From positions 1-64,000 of the forward strand of contig NW_021833586.1 of NCBI RefSeq assembly GCF_006345805.1: a stretch of DNA of 64,000 nucleotides, given 5' to 3'. Below are positions 14,225 to 26,473 of this stretch, piece after piece. Made by a program: the position numbers and the translations under genes. Within the stretch, counting starts at the first letter, position 1. The number at the start of each line of letters is the position of its first letter. The notes under the pieces were generated by a model. It ran no database searches. It was not told the DNA's origin and saw nothing but the letters and a program-made list of their open reading frames with translations. The DNA comes from Octopus sinensis. Its lineage: Eukaryota.

Positions 14225-15063
14225 CCTACTACTACTTCTACTACTACTACTACTACTACTCAGGTTTTACCATATAGACACATCAACAACAACATCGCAA
14301 ACACTCTTGTTTTGTATCCTATAAATTCCGCGCACATGCACAACTACATCTTTCATGCTCTGATGGTCCGAAACCTCTTATAATCCGCTCAAATTTATGA
14401 GCAGGAACTTCTAATTCTCACCGGCCTCGGACTAGTTTATTGGTACTTTGCGCAGTGCAGCATTAATAAACTTGTATCATTCAGATCAAGGGTTCCCAAC
14501 CAGTTTTTTGTAATCTATGGAGCCCTTTGATTACTATATTATTCTGGTGGATCCTCATAGCTTTTGAAGTTCAAACGCTAGTTTTATAGAAACTTATTCC
14601 AAAATTCCTATTTTGTTTTTCACACATAAACTTGTGAAGGTTGAACTATATAAAGCATTAGAGAAAGTAACGAAGCTGTTTCTTGCAATACATACCAACA
14701 CATACATCTAAAACAAAATTTTTTCAGGGGCCCTTTAAATACTATTATGGATCCTTAGTTCGCTATTCTGCTTGAGGACGCCAAAAGTCTTTTATGGACC
14801 CTCATGGGTCATGTGAATCCCGACTGAGACTCACTGATTTGGACTAATGTACAGGCACCGGTATTTCATTAATTATTTAAGTAAATTTAATATTTGTTAA
14901 AATTTAGAGGGTACTGACGAAGGTGACCAACCCTAGTTCGGCAAAAGTCTAATATCCGGATTGGCTTTGGAACTAAAGGTCCCGGAAATTTGATGCTGTG
15001 CTTGCATAAGATTACATTACCACCACCAACGCCACAACCGGCACTATCACCACCACCACCACC

Positions 15064-15106
<43 letters not shown>

Positions 15107-15555
15107 ACAACAACAACAACAACACCAACACCATAATCGCCATCACTACTACTAGTACTACCACAATCAAGAAAAGAAATAATACAACCACTACTACTGC
15201 TACCTCCAATACCATCGCCACCATCACTGCAACCATCATTAATTCTACCACCATAACTGCCGCCACTACCACCTCTAGTATCACTACAGCCACCACAACC
15301 ATCAATACAACCACCGCCACCACAGCTCCCATCATCAACACCACCATCATTACTACCAACACCACCACTACCACCATCACCACAACCATAACCACAAAAA
15401 ACAACAACAACCATAACAACAATAGTAACATACAATGAAAGTAAAAATCGGGGTCTTTAATGAGGTTGATCAAATGTACTAGAAATAGCAGCCAAATCAT
15501 CTTTACACCTTCCAGCTATTGGTCTTTTCAATCAGGAATTGACCAAGAAGCTAAT

Positions 15556-15597
<42 letters not shown>

Positions 15598-16239
15598 ACT
15601 ACCACCACCACCACCACCGCTGCTGCTGCTGCTGCTGATGCTGCTACTACTACTACTACTACCAGTACCACCACCACCATCACCATCACCAACACCAGAA
15701 CCAGCACCAGTATCAGCACCACCACCATCACTATCATGTTAAATAACAAACATCTTCAATAGCAAAAAGGACCGCATCTTCTACGTGGTTAACTGCTATG
15801 CAAGAAATAAGAACCAAATCACTTTAAACTGCATCCTAACCGCATCGCTAAAAGAGGCATTGGCATTAAAAATTGTGATCCTGGGGGTCGTGCATGTACA
15901 GAACAGGGAGGGATGGTCATATCTGGAATACGTTTAAATACATGATCGCTCTATAAACAACAACAAAGTGCACCTGTTGTTTTGAATTAAAGTGTAACGA
16001 AAGATAATTAGATGAAGAGAAAGAAACACGCCCTCTCACACAGACGCGCGCGCAATACACATATACGCACACGTAAGCACACACACACACATTAAAAGTA
16101 AAACGAGTATAATTATATCTCCTTCCTCCCAGCCTCTCTCTATTTCACTCTCTCATATATGTATATATATGTATGTATATATATATATGTATGTATGTAT
16201 GTATATATATATATGTATGTATGTATGTATGTATATATA

Positions 16240-16470
16240 TATTTCTTTACTACCCACAAGGGGCTAAACATAGAGGGGACAAACAAGGACAGACAAAGGG
16301 ACTAAGTCGATTACATCGACCCCAGTGCGAAACTGGTACTTTATTTATCGACCCCGAAAGGATGAAAGGCAAAGTCGACCTCGGCGGAATTTGAACTCAG
16401 AACGTAACGACAGACGAAATACCGCTAAGCATTTCGCCCGGCGTGCTAACGATTCTGCCAGCTCGCCGCC
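16240..16470 (-). mobile_element. Full-length family A SINE
   Basis: Reverse complement of 17223-17452, about 90% identical by eye. Confidence 0.9.
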
Positions 16471-16662
16471 CTATGTATGTATGTATATATATGTATGTAT
16501 GTATATCTATATATATATATATATATATATGCATACATACACACACATATACTTACACATGCACACACACACACAAAACAATATAGATACCTATAAACAC
16601 AGATATAAACGCATAAATATATACATACATAGACGCATATATAAATATATATCTATATAGAT

Positions 16663-16698
<36 letters not shown>

Positions 16699-16789
16699 TA
16701 TATATATACATACATATATATTTTATTAATGCTTGTATACACTTACATAAACATACACACACCAATATATATAAAACTATATATATATA

Positions 16790-16832
<43 letters not shown>

Positions 16833-16927
16833 CATGTGTATATTTGTATACACACACACATACACACACCAACAACTTTAACGAACTACACACATTTCCT
16901 ACTGAAGCGGGAGGTGACAAACAACCC

Positions 16928-17105
16928 ATGTTCGGGAAGAGCTGCTTTAGGTTGGATCCACCACCTGCCATTTGGTTACCTACGTTACAAGAAAAACATT
17001 ATGAAGATGATGATGATGATATAAGGGAGAACGAGGACTTCAAGAAAACTAAACACCAAGGTGATACCATTTTTCCTTGGATGCAGAAACGTCACTCTCT
17101 AATAG
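16928..17105 (+). CDS. Hox gene exon 1 (hexapeptide exon); the start codon is provisional
   Basis: [60 protein letters not shown]. It contains the IFPWM hexapeptide. Donor AG|GTATGT at 17105/17106 is phase 1, matching the acceptor at 25560. The frame is open further 5' (to 16844) into a microsatellite, so the true start or an upstream exon is unresolved. Confidence 0.8.
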
Positions 17106-17140
17106 GTATGTACTCTACATATTACATATAAACCTTTATT

Positions 17141-17182
<42 letters not shown>

Positions 17183-17222
17183 CTCAATCTATCTATCTAT
17201 CTACCTTTCTATCTACCTTTCA

Positions 17223-17452
17223 GCGGCGAGCTGGCAGAATCGTTAGCACGCCGGGCGAAATGCGTAGCCGTATTTCGTCTGCCGTTACGTTCTGGGTTCA
17301 AATTACGCTGAGGTCGACTTTGCCTTTCATCCTTTCGGGGTCGATAAATTAAGTACCAGTTACGCACTGGGGTCGATATAATCGACTTAATCCGTTCGTC
17401 TGTCCTTATTTGTCCCCTCTGTGTTTAGCCCCTTGTGGGTAGTAAAGAAATA
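17223..17452 (+). mobile_element. Full-length family A SINE
   Basis: GGCGAGCTGGCAGAATCGTTAGC head, GGTTCAAAT B-box-like motif, Nin/Deu-like core, tail ending GGGTAGTAAAGAAATA. Confidence 0.9.
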
Positions 17453-17511
17453 TCTACCTTTCTAACTATCATTCTATTTCTCTCTCCCTCTTATTCACTC
17501 TCTCCCTTTGA

Positions 17512-17545
<34 letters not shown>

Positions 17546-17560
17546 TATATATATAATATA

Positions 17561-17592
<32 letters not shown>

Positions 17593-17668
17593 TATATGTG
17601 TATGTATATATAGAGAGAGACAGAGAGAGAGGGAAAGAGAGATAAATCATAATATCTATGTATGTATG

Positions 17669-17699
<31 letters not shown>

Positions 17700-18034
17700 C
17701 TACATATATATATATCTATATATATATGTATAAGTATATGTATGTATATATGTATGTATGCATGTATGTTTGTATGTATACACACATTCATATATGGGCA
17801 CATACAAACATAGATACGCATACATATATTGATATGTAAAAGTAGAAATACGGACGCATGCACACACATACACACACACTCACTCACATATGTGTATGTC
17901 TGGATATATTCCATATGTACATATACATACATATACGTATAATACACTGAAACATATATTTAATATAATTCTGTTCGTGTGTAAACTTGTGTATGTGATA
18001 TACGTATGTATGTATGTATATATATATACATATG

Positions 18035-18074
<40 letters not shown>

Positions 18075-18151
18075 TAATTTACATATATATTTACATATAT
18101 ATATAAGATAGATAGATGTATATATATATATATAATATATACGTATGTATA

Positions 18152-18186
<35 letters not shown>

Positions 18187-18659
18187 ATATTACGTATGTA
18201 TATAAACATAGCTATTTAAAAATTGATATACATATCTAAATATATATATAGATGCATATGGACATACAAGCATACACACACGACACACACACATATAATA
18301 CATATATACATTATATAATGTTTGTATATATATGTATATATACGTTTATATTTTATAAGTTTGTTTGTGTGTGTGGGGGTAAATTGTGTGTGTGCGCATG
18401 CGTGTGTGTGTCGGTGTTTGTGTTCATGTGCATACATAAATACTTACTCTCACACGTACATATTTCCTGCACTCTATTAGAAATTTGCAAAGCAATCTGC
18501 TAAAATACGTCTGAGACAGTACATTTGGTTCGCGGAGTTGAGCATGGAAGCTCATCTACCTGCAGTGGCTAAAGTCATGAGCAGTCATAGATGATGCTGA
18601 TGTTGACGGTGACGACGACGACGATAATAAAAAAGATGAATGTTTCCTCCTCTAGCAAT

Positions 18660-18828
18660 GCCACGCTCCTAAGGGCCGGTTTCCCGGTTTCAGTGGCGTA
18701 GAAATTTTCCACCTGGACAGAACGCCGGTCCGTCCCAGGATTACTCATCGCCCTGTCCGGGAATCGAAACCACAATCTTACTATCATAAGTCCAGGAACT
18801 TAACGACTAAGCCACGCGCCTCCACATA
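18660..18828 (-). mobile_element. tRNA-derived SINE head related to family C
   Basis: Reverse complement GTGGAGGCGCGTGGCTTAGTCGTTAAG...GGTTTCGATTCCCGGACAGGGCG. Related degenerate copies at ~21540-21850 - and ~49440-49700 +. Confidence 0.65.
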
Positions 18829-19698
18829 GTCCCCCATGTTCTTAATCGTCAACAGGTACCATTCCACTGTTCCGAAGCATGTTGTCCACATAGGTTAGAC
18901 GTTTTCTTCCCCAGTTGACACGCAGGTTCTGGATGCCTGACCCAATGACCAGCAATTCTCGTTCTTCTCCGCTAAATCTTCCCAGTCACACTGGATATGT
19001 CTTGATAAAGCTGCTCGTTGGTTAAATGAGCTGTCCATATAACATTCAGAGCCAACACCTTAACCACTAAGCCACACACCCCACAATGGGGATTATATAT
19101 ATATATATATTGAAATATAGAAAGAAAATCGCAGATTTTGCTGAGGAGTGCAAAACTTTGAGCTGAGCTTGGAGTGTACTTGATTACAGAATTTCTCTAA
19201 ATTCACTTCATGTAGCAGAATACATAAAATACATCAAGTAAATGGATTTTTGAATATTGGGATAGACCTGGTAACTACATTGTTTCTGGCTGCTTTGTCT
19301 TAGCCAAGATGATAGTGTTAGGAGCTTTCATAGCCTTAAATTAGTTTAACGATATATAATACCATCAGAAACTAGAAAGTATAAGATTATAATAGGAAAG
19401 AGCTTAGAGAATAACAATGTAACCATACTTTGCGATATACCAATGTGCACAGACAAGGGAATCATTACTGATCGGTAAAGTATTGCCTGATCGACCCGGT
19501 GCTGCTATCAAAGGTCTTCTGAAATGGTAGTGTCTCCTAATGGATGTCTCAGTCCAAACTGATGACAATGAATTTCGCAAATGATTGGCAAAATTAAAGA
19601 AAAAGAAAAACCTGGAAATAGAGATAAACCGGATATGCGAACTGGAAAGAGAAACAATATCTACGACAACTATTGTCTTGGAAAGGATAATAATAATA

Positions 19699-19837
19699 TT
19701 AGGTTGTCCCAAAAGTTCGTAAACACTTGCGAAAATTGAATTTTTACTCGCCAAGTACTAACAAAAACAACAAAAATTATTCCTCAAAATAAAGACCATT
19801 ATTTTCCAAGACTTTCTACGAACTTTTGGGACAACCT

Positions 19838-19839
<2 letters not shown>
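19699..19839. mobile_element. Mariner-derived MITE
   Basis: Terminal inverted repeats AGGTTGTCCCAAAAGTTCGTA (19701-19721) and TACGAACTTTTGGGACAACCT (19817-19837). They resemble mariner TTAGGTTG..CAAAAGT ends and sit in a TA context. Confidence 0.75.
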
Positions 19840-19885
<46 letters not shown>

Positions 19886-20860
19886 CATGTACACAGATAT
19901 ATAACGCAAACTATACGAAATTATAAATATGCACAACCGCGCACCAACCCACATGCTTATTTAGGTTTGGCGGCCTACGCACACAATCAATAAAATAATA
20001 TTTACTGATTTCTTATAGAGGGGAACTAAGATTTACAGCCATCTCATATTTGCTTCTCTAGGTTTGTAGCACTTAAGAGAACTTAGGAGCGCATAATGCG
20101 TCTGCTAATTCATGAATAGCGCTCTGAACTGGCTCTGGTATTCCAACATCGTGTTGCCTAAAGTGAGAATGTTTGATCCAAAACAAACTTCAGTGAAAGG
20201 CCTTTACAGGTTCGAATACGTGTCAAACATATTTGAAATGGCAGAAACTAAAAATGGCCAATTTTCAAAGCAATTCACATTGCTTGTGACCTTTTCTGTA
20301 AGAAAGATATGTTCGTATGCGAAATTTAATGTAATTCGGTGCAAAACACTGGCCTGCATTTTCAAACATCCATTTTTTAAAATAATATATTAAGAAGAAA
20401 AACAATAAATTAAACATTTTGCAAAAAAAGCAACTAGGAATTGACGTTTGCAATTAAATTGATTTATAGAAATATAAAGACAAACAACCAGAATTTTATA
20501 AAGTTCAAAGTATTTTAGTTTTAATTATTTCATTAACGGATTTAAAGATAAACAAATAACCTAGAAAACGGCGTAAATCAAAGAGAAGGAAATTAGATTC
20601 TAAATCCAGGAAGAAGAGAGATTAAGATTTTTATTTATCCCCATTTGAATAGTTTAAATTTCAGAACTGATTTTTTTTACTGTTTTTTTTTGTACTGTGC
20701 ACTTTTTATTTTATTTATTTAGTCCTTTTTTTTTCATACAAAAAATATTTCTATTAATCAGCAATACTTAAAAATCTGGTGTAAAGTATCTTAGAGGAGC
20801 AATAGTTTCAAATATCTATGTTCAGAGTTCAAACCATCCTAGGGACAATATATATATATA

Positions 20861-21050
20861 TCTTATATAAAATCCGTTCTGTCTGTCTGTGTGTGGCTTC
20901 TAGGATCTCGGGCATCCTCCATCCGATTGCGCTCAAATTTGATATGTAGACACCGACGGTATCAGGACGTGTATAAGTCTTGAAAACATTTACAAAAATC
21001 GATTCCAGGTGAGAATGCGATCGATAAAGCCGTGGGAAATCGTTTTTATT
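20861..21050 (+). mobile_element. Probable non-autonomous Helitron 5' end fragment
   Basis: A|TCTTATATAAAA followed by (CTGT)n and CCGATT..AAATTTG, a common invertebrate Helitron 5' pattern. No 3' CTRR or hairpin was identified. Confidence 0.45.
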
Positions 21051-21250
21051 TGGAATAAAAATAAGTCTATCTTTATTTCTTCTTTTGCTGGTGTCTCAAA
21101 TTTAGGTTAAATCAGAGTTTCTCAAAGGGGAGACCTATGGGAGGGTCGGGCAAGTTGTTTTGAGAAAATTTGGTTTAAATGTTTGACAACTCAGCACAGT
21201 CCATTGGACGAGGGGAGGGCGTTTTGCTCGTATATATATATTCATATACA

Positions 21251-21281
<31 letters not shown>

Positions 21282-22457
21282 GCGCGCGTGTGTGTGTGTG
21301 TGTGTGTGTGTGTGATAAGAAGCTTGCTTGGCATTTGGGCTAGTGTCTTCTACTCTAGCTTCGGCCGACTAAAGCCTTGTATATGAGTAAACACAAGAGT
21401 ACTCGGAAATTTGCATTAGCTTCGGTTGAATTTTATTTAATGCATTCATAAACGATTACTTCATAATGCACAGTACATCATCATATGGTAAAACTTTTTC
21501 ACAGATAAAATTTTAGCATCGCCCCTTCGGTCACGACACAGACCATGGGATTGCACCTAGAAAGTTACCCTCCCAGGCACAAGTCCCAGCAAAGTTGTTT
21601 TACGGAAGACCAGCCGTCGCTCATGTATACCGGCCTCCCCTCTCCACGCCACCAGTGTTATCGAAGGGAAAGGCAAAGGCCGATACAGTTTGGCACCTGT
21701 GACGTCGCAATTCATTTCTACAGATGAGTGAACAACGTGAGCAACGTGAAATAAAGTGTCTTGCTCAAGAACACAACTCACAACCCGGTACTGGATTCGA
21801 GCTCACAACCTCACGATCGTAAGCTCGACGCTCTAACCACAGAGCCATGTTGTTCCATGACAATACCTATAATATTATTCCCTCAAACTCTTGAGGCTAG
21901 CGAGCTGAAAGAATCGTTAGAGTGATGGAAGAAGGCGGCGAACTGGCGAAATATTTAGAGCGTCGGAAAAACATGCCTTGTCATTTGAATTATTCAGTAC
22001 ATTCCGTGTTCAAAACCCGTCACAATTATCTATACCTTTCATCCTTTACGGGTCGATAAAATAATCTGCCAGTGAAGTAGTGCAGTCGATGGTATCAACT
22101 TATCCTCTCCCGTCAAAATTACTGAAACTACCTACTGCAGTGATTCTCAACTCCCTCCTTTTTTTTTACCTTTGGATCCCTTTGACTGCTATTTTACTCG
22201 ACTGGATCTCCATCGCCATGAAGTGTTTAAAAAGTCTTATATTTTTATAAATAAGTATTATTAGGAAATGCAGTTAGAAAATTGTTAAGATATCTTATAC
22301 ATTATAAAAGTAAAATTAATTAATTGCACATAGGCGTAGGAGTAGCTGTGTGGTAAGTAGCTTGCTAACCAAGCACATGGTTCCGGGATCAGTCCCACTG
22401 CGCGGCATCTTGGGCAAGTGTCTTCTGCTATAGCTCCGGGTCGACCAAAGCCTGTCG

Positions 22458-22498
<41 letters not shown>

Positions 22499-23009
22499 GT
22501 GTGTGTGTTTTTGAGTCTGTGTTTGTCCCCCTAGCATTGCTTGACAACCGATGCTGGTGTGTTTACGTCCCCGTCACTTTGCGGTTCGGCAAAAGAGACC
22601 AATAGAATAAGTACTGGGCTTACAAAAAATAAGTCCCGGGGTCGATTTGCTCGACTAAAGGCGGTGCTCCAGTATGGCCGCAGTCAAATGATTGAAACAA
22701 GTAAAAGAGTAAAGAGAGAGTATATCATCAGGACACATAGGATCCCGGTTGAGGACTACTGGAATAAGGTCTACGTACGTAGCGCTTTAAGCAAACATTA
22801 TCTTAACAATTAAATGAAATCAAAGTCAGAGACGCAAATTGTCACAAATCAAACATTTAATTTATGTATACTAGATTGTTCAATGCCAGTAATAATATTT
22901 ATTAATTATGCACATACCTTCATAGAAGTCTGAGTTGCGTTGTCAAAATGTCGAAAGACAGAAAGCACACACACAATAACCAATAATTATATGTATATAT
23001 ATATTATAT

Positions 23010-23044
<35 letters not shown>

Positions 23045-23055
<11 letters not shown>

Positions 23056-23145
23056 AGGGATGACCATTAAGTGGACATCCATTATGCTAGAATCTACCTC
23101 TAGCATAATGGATGTCCACTTAGTGGTCATCCCCCTTATATGTAT
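23045..23145. repeat. Near-perfect hairpin (about 47-bp stem, 7-nt loop) in the Hox intron
   Basis: ATACATATAAGAGGGATGACCATTAAGTGGACATCCATTATGCTAGA-ATCTACC-TCTAGCATAATGGATGTCCACTTAGTGGTCATCCCCCTTATATGTAT. Confidence 0.9.
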
Positions 23146-23271
23146 GTAATATACTTTTTTCTGAATCTTCAGATTTTTCAATATGCTAGGCCACTGGTTT
23201 TAAATTGATATTAATCAAATAAATATTTAATTTTTCACCCTTATTATTTAAATTATATATATATATATAGA

Positions 23272-23331
<60 letters not shown>

Positions 23332-23345
23332 CATATATATATAAT

Positions 23346-23390
<45 letters not shown>

Positions 23391-24001
23391 ATATACATAT
23401 ATATATATATATTATATAATAATTCTGATGCACACTCTATACGATCTTTTACTCTTTTCGTTTTCTCTCTCTTTTTCTCCCTCTTATTCTTTTAACTCCT
23501 CTTCTTCACTATTCTCTCCTATTATTCTGTCACACTCTCTCCCTCACTCCTCCTCCCTTGCTTACGTGACTCCCACATGACCATCGGCCATCTTTCTTTC
23601 TCTCTCCTCGTTGTAGCTGGAACAAGGAAGACGTTTATCTCCTGCCCTAACATGATTTACGCGTTTGCCACCACAACCTTGTTTAGGCTTAGCAGCTCTT
23701 CCTGTTTGTTTTCATTAACCTGTTTGTGTTACCTATTTTGGCCCTCCGCAAAATCCCAAATTTTATTTAATTTGCTTTGCGGGAGCAACTGTTTTATCGA
23801 AAGCGTATGATTGTTGTTAAATGCTCGAAATATACGAGACTTGAAAAACAGCCACAACTGATGAAGGGTCGTTCTTTATGTTGTTTGTTTTGTTTTCCAT
23901 TTGTGTCTTTCGTTGATCGAAAGAACAGTTCATGTCCCATGTACTCGTGATCCGTACTGTTTTGTTGTACACGTTGTTTCAATACGTTCTGTGCCCACAT
24001 A

Positions 24002-24046
<45 letters not shown>

Positions 24047-24809
24047 TAATATATATATATATGTACGTATAGATATATGTATATATACATATGTATATAT
24101 GCAAATATATATTATCTATATTATATATATATATATTGCTCCAGCATGGCCGCAGTCAATATGACTGAAACAAGTAAAAAAAAAAGATATATATATATAT
24201 ATGATAGGCTTCTTTCAGTTTTCATCTACCAAATCCACTCACAAGGCTTTGATCGGCCTGAGGCTATAGTAGAAGACACTTGCCCAACGTGCCACGCGGT
24301 GGGATTGAACCCGGAACCATGTGGTTGGTGAACAAGCTACTTACCACACAGCCACGTATATATATACATATATATATGAGTACTTGTACGTGTGTGCGCG
24401 CGTGTGTGTGTGTGTATGCATATATGTATACATATATGCGTATATATGTGCACATATATATGTGACTCTATGAGTATGCGTGTGTGTGTATGTGTGTGTG
24501 TGTGTGTGTGCTCTTGTTTAAAAATGAAGCGTATTATATAATGTGGGATGCATATACAATGACACTTTATATGCGACACCCTAGATATAAACTGACTTTA
24601 ACAGTTTTTTTCCCCTTTTATCCATGTTCTGTAGACGTTTACACGTGTTGTTGGAACGTATGAGACTCTGAAATCTTTCATACTGAAGTTGGCACATTTA
24701 ATTCAGAACCATATATATTTCACAAATCCCATATGGAATCAGTTCTTGTTTTTGAGAATAAAACCTCTCTTTCGACTCCATTCCCTTCCGTCGCTCATAT
24801 GTAGTTATT

Positions 24810-24996
24810 AGTGCTGTTGTTGTTGTTGCTGTTGTTGTTGTTGTTGTTTTGTTGTTTTGTTGTTGTCGTTATTGTCGTTGTTGTTGTTGTTGTTGTTGTT
24901 GTTGTTATTCTTTATGTCCTATATTTTTTCTGAAATGTGTAAATCATAGACACACCCAATAATAATAACAATAATAATAATAATAATAATAATAAC

Positions 24997-25043
<47 letters not shown>

Positions 25044-25191
25044 TAGCAGCAGCAACAACAACAACAAAACAACAACAATAATAATAATAATAATAATAAT
25101 AGTATAATAATAATATAATAATATAATAATAATGATAGCAGCAGCAACAACAACAACAACAACAACAACAATAATAATAATAATAATAATA

Positions 25192-25227
<36 letters not shown>

Positions 25228-25310
25228 TAATAATAATTATTATATTATATTATTATTATTATTATTGTTATTGTTATTACCTCTTCTAAATAATAATAAT
25301 AATAATAATA

Positions 25311-25353
<43 letters not shown>

Positions 25354-25395
25354 TATTATTATTATTATTATTATTATTACCTCTTCTACTATTAT
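24810..25395. repeat. Compound (GTT)n/(AAT)n/(AAC)n microsatellite
   Basis: Directly visible, ending about 170 bp upstream of the Hox exon 2 acceptor. Confidence 0.95.
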
Positions 25396-25560
25396 AATTC
25401 TTTATAAATTTGGAACAAGGTCACGATTTTTAAGGGAAGGTGTAAGTCGATTACATTAACATCATTATTCAACATAAGTTTAATGATAACAATAACCAGA
25501 TTAATAAAAAATAATAATTTCTATGATTTTCTATGAATATTCTCTTATGGTTTTTCGCAG

Positions 25561-26117
25561 GACATGGTAAAAATGTTGAAGAGTCGAAAAGAAATCGGAC
25601 AACCTATAGCCAGCACCAAATTCTGGAATTGGAGAAAGAATTTCTCTTCGATAAATATCTTAACAAAAGAAGAAGAGTTGAAATTGCCGATTCTTTAAAT
25701 CTGAGAGAAAGACAAATCAAAATTTGGTTCCAAAATCGACGTATGAAGTGGAAAAAGGAACATCAATTCAACTGTAAAAACCGAATGGTTCAGTTGTCCG
25801 ATTGTCAACAACTGTTGAGTTTGAACACCAGTGGCATCCAGGTACCAAAACAGCCTCGGCAGCAGCTACAACTGGAACAACAGAGAATACAACTTCAACA
25901 ACTACTGCAAGAGCAGCAGCAGCAACAATATCAACAGCTTCAGCACCATGGTCCATATCATGAACAGCAACAGGACCACCGGCAACCGGAGCAGAGCGGC
26001 CCCCATCGACACCAGAAAGAAGATAAGCAACAACCTACGAACCATCAACAACATCGACAGTATCATCATTATTTTCAACATCTACAGCAAGTGGAGGCGC
26101 AATGGCCCAGTGGTTAG
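25561..26117 (+). CDS. Hox gene exon 2: divergent Antp-class homeodomain (Hox4/Dfd or Hox5/Scr) with a Q/H-rich tail
   Basis: Acceptor TTTTTCGCAG|GA at 25560/25561. Homeodomain 25584-25763: [60 protein letters not shown]. The spliced product from ATG 16928 is 244 aa. The last 8 aa and the TAG come from a SINE. Confidence 0.92.
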
Positions 26118-26473
26118 GGCAGCGGACTCACGGTCGGAGGATCGCGGTTTCGATTCCAAGACCGGGCGTTTGTGTGTGTTTATTGAGCGAAAATACCTAA
26201 AGCTCCACGATCTCCGGCAGGGGGTGGTGGCGACCCCTGTTGAACTCTTTCGCTCCAACTTTCTCTCACTCTTTCTTCCTGTTTCTTGTCCCCGATTTCC
26301 TACGCAACCGCTGAGCCTGGATGCGCATTCATCCATCCGTCGATGCTCTCGGTGTCGGGCGTTGACCTGCTTTCTCTTCTGCGGGTCTTACGAATAGCAA
26401 AGTACCACGTTTCGGACTTCTCCCACTACAGACGGGACGAAGACCGCTTCACTCAACAAACAAACAAAACAAG
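26091..26473 (+). mobile_element. Family C-headed SINE inserted in the Hox coding exon
   Basis: GTGGAGGCGCAATGGCCCAGTGGTTAGGGCAGCGG...GGTTTCGATTCC head is the same as the 14224 and 59148 copies. The 3' half differs and ends in a (CAAA)n tail. Confidence 0.9.

Noticed and set aside
23852-23940. CTGATGAAGGG...GAAA motifs in a repeat family (also ~42432 and ~52161)
   Set aside because: The core 5' half is conserved, but I could not form consistent helices I and III. These may be decayed hammerheads and were not called.
25533-25560. ATG at 25533 as the Hox start
   Set aside because: This segment is the intron 3' end (TTTTTCGCAG acceptor), and the phase matches the upstream hexapeptide exon.
26091-26165. 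tRNA genes at SINE heads (also 14150-14224, 59075-59148, 51643-51690)
   Set aside because: A- and B-box-like motifs are present, but I could not form a full cloverleaf and they continue into SINE bodies.
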